64,000 nucleotides of DNA from a virus: IMG/VR virus record IMGVR_UViG_3300025917_000016, positions 2,556 to 66,555 of that record; one strand, written 5' to 3'. Both the position numbers and the translations under genes were made by a program. Positions 62,300 to 64,000 of the stretch are shown piece after piece; positions within the stretch are counted from its first letter, which is position 1; each line of letters starts with the position of its first letter. A model generated the notes under the pieces. That model was given only the letters and a program-made list of their open reading frames with translations. It searched no databases and was not told the DNA's origin.

Positions 62300-64000
62300 A
62301 TGTCCCTGCCCATCACCTCCCTGTCCTATCCGGACCCGCCAACGAACGTAGACCTGACTTCCAGTTCAAGGGCGGGCGACCTCGTGTCGAACGGCTGGAC
62401 CAACGCCACGAACTACGCCAGCAACGCCGTCGACAAGGCCAACGGCCTGCTGGACCAGCTCAAGACCAATGCGGCGACGCTGGCGACCCTGCCGAGCGTC
62501 TCCGGGGCCATTGTGGGCGTCTCCAGGACGATCGGCGCGTTCGCGGCCCCTGCGGCACCAGCCGTGCCCGCAAACCTCACCTACGTCGTTCCTGCGGCTC
62601 CTGTCGAGCCTACGATGGCCACGATCGCCGCGCTGGACGTCGGGGCGGCGCCGACCTTCACGGCGAACCTGCCGTCGATCAACCTGGACATCGCCGCACC
62701 GGCCGCCCTGAGTACCAGTGCACCGGCGGCGCCGACGCTGGGAACCGTCGCACTTCCCGCCACGCCGACCGTCACTCTGCCGTCCGTACCGACGCTGCTG
62801 AACATCACCGTGCCGGACACGCCGCTGCTGTCGATCCCGAACTTCTCGCCGATCCTGCCGGGTACGCCCGACGCGGCCAGGATCACGTTCTCGTTCGCCG
62901 AGCCGACCTACACGTCCAGCCTGCTCGACGCGCTGCGCACGCGCCTGCTCGACATGGTGAACAATGGCGGCACCGGCCTGAACCCGACCGTCGAGGCGGC
63001 CATCTGGGACCGCGCCCGCGCGCGTGAGACGGTCAACGCCGGGCGTGCGGCCAAGGACGCCATGAACGTGTTCGCGCGGCGCGGCTTCGCCAAGCCGAAC
63101 GGCGTGCTGGCACAGGAACTGGCCAGGGCCACGCAGGACGCAGCCGCGGCGATCAGCACGGCCAACCGCGATATCGCGATCAAGCAGGCCGAACTGGAGC
63201 AGGAGAACCGCCGCTTCGCATTCGACGAGGCATTCAAGGTCGAATCGACCATGATCACCTATGCGAACCAGATCGCCCAGCGCGCGTACGACGCTGCCCG
63301 CTACGTGCAGGAAGCGGCGATCCAGATCTACCAGACCACCGTGCAGCGCTACGCCGCTGACATCCAGGCGTACAGTGCCAAGGTCGAGCAGTGGAAGGCC
63401 GCGACCCAGGCCGAACTGACCAAGCTCGAAAACTTCCGCACGCAGGTGCAGGCGCAGACCCTGGTCGGCCAGCTCAACCAGCAGAACATCGACATCTACA
63501 AGGCGCGCGTCGAGGCGGCCAAGACCGTGATCGACACGTTCCGCGTGCAGGTCGATGCCGCCAATGCGCAGGCCCAGATCAACAAGACCCAGATCGAAGC
63601 ATTCGGCGCCCAGGTCGACGCCTATGGCAAGACCGTGCAGGCCAAGGCCGCGGAGTACGACGGCTACGCCACGCGTGTGAAGGCCGAGGTGGCCAAGGTC
63701 GAGGGTTTCCGCGCCCAGTCCGACGCCTACGCCGCGCAGGTGCAGGGCTTCCGTGCACTGGTCGAGGCCAAGGTCGAAGCGAAGAACATGGAGATCAAGA
63801 TCGGCCGCGACGTGCCGATGGACCTGTTCCGCCTGCGCTCGGATGTGTTCAAGACCCTGAACGAGGCCGAGGTCTCGCGCGTGAGCGCAACGGCCGACGT
63901 GTTCGGCAAGCAGGTCCAGCTATACAGCGCGCAGATCGAAGGACAGACCGGCCGCATGTCCGCCGAGACCGGCGCCTACAACGCCGAGGTGAACTACCAG
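62300..64000 (+). CDS. Virion protein with Pro-rich then coiled-coil region; runs off the window end (absent from the ORF track)
   Basis: AAGGA RBS then ATG 62300 (MSLPITSLSYPDPP...); no stop seen before 64000. Confidence 0.75.
   Translation, partial: MSLPITSLSYPDPPTNVDLTSSSRAGDLVSNGWTNATNYASNAVDKANGLLDQLKTNAATLATLPSVSGAIVGVSRTIGAFAAPAAPAVPANLTYVVPAAPVEPTMATIAALDVGAAPTFTANLPSINLDIAAPAALSTSAPAAPTLGTVALPATPTVTLPSVPTLLNITVPDTPLLSIPNFSPILPGTPDAARITFSFAEPTYTSSLLDALRTRLLDMVNNGGTGLNPTVEAAIWDRARARETVNAGRAAKDAMNVFARRGFAKPNGVLAQELARATQDAAAAISTANRDIAIKQAELEQENRRFAFDEAFKVESTMITYANQIAQRAYDAARYVQEAAIQIYQTTVQRYAADIQAYSAKVEQWKAATQAELTKLENFRTQVQAQTLVGQLNQQNIDIYKARVEAAKTVIDTFRVQVDAANAQAQINKTQIEAFGAQVDAYGKTVQAKAAEYDGYATRVKAEVAKVEGFRAQSDAYAAQVQGFRALVEAKVEAKNMEIKIGRDVPMDLFRLRSDVFKTLNEAEVSRVSATADVFGKQVQLYSAQIEGQTGRMSAETGAYNAEVNYQ

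Noticed and set aside
1-64000. Genome-wide TAG reassignment
   Set aside because: Core genes are intact under the standard code, no suppressor tRNA was seen, and at least one gene (61089-62264) appears to end normally at TAG; only two local cases were kept.

Overview
The whole window is part of a GC-rich tailed dsDNA phage genome, probably podovirus-like with a proteobacterial host (host is inference only). Both ends cut through virion genes. Layout: (i) 1-6108, the end of a giant virion/ejection protein (+); (ii) about 6450-43025, one leftward early/replication block with ATP-dependent ligase, MazG-like enzyme, nucleases, SSB-like protein, family A DNA polymerase, ThyX, SNF2 helicase, MoxR-type AAA+ ATPase plus VWA-metallopeptidase, primase-helicase and many small ORFs; (iii) 43397-64000, the rightward late block with TerS, TerL, P22-like portal, scaffold, DUF4043-type capsid, tail proteins and a lysis cassette. 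I saw no integrase, repressor, tRNA or CRISPR array. The most unusual signals are: (1) small ORFs built from catalytic motifs of conserved enzymes with the scaffold removed (PolA motifs A/B/C in about 50 aa, a second PolA motif ORF, a 54-aa copy of the TerL Walker-B region, a GGQ-less release-factor domain), possibly a decoy arsenal against immune sensors; (2) nine otherwise unrelated small proteins sharing a C-terminal (E)-x-R-L helix, six of them packed between the AAA+ and VWA genes; (3) two related IHF-site/AT-rich palindromic elements bracketing the replication block; (4) a three-domain fusion around a Gp49/66 (putative Acb4 sponge) domain; (5) two in-frame AC-TAG-ATG-G junctions; (6) several structured intergenic RNA candidates. 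All family assignments are by-eye motif recognition, not database searches.
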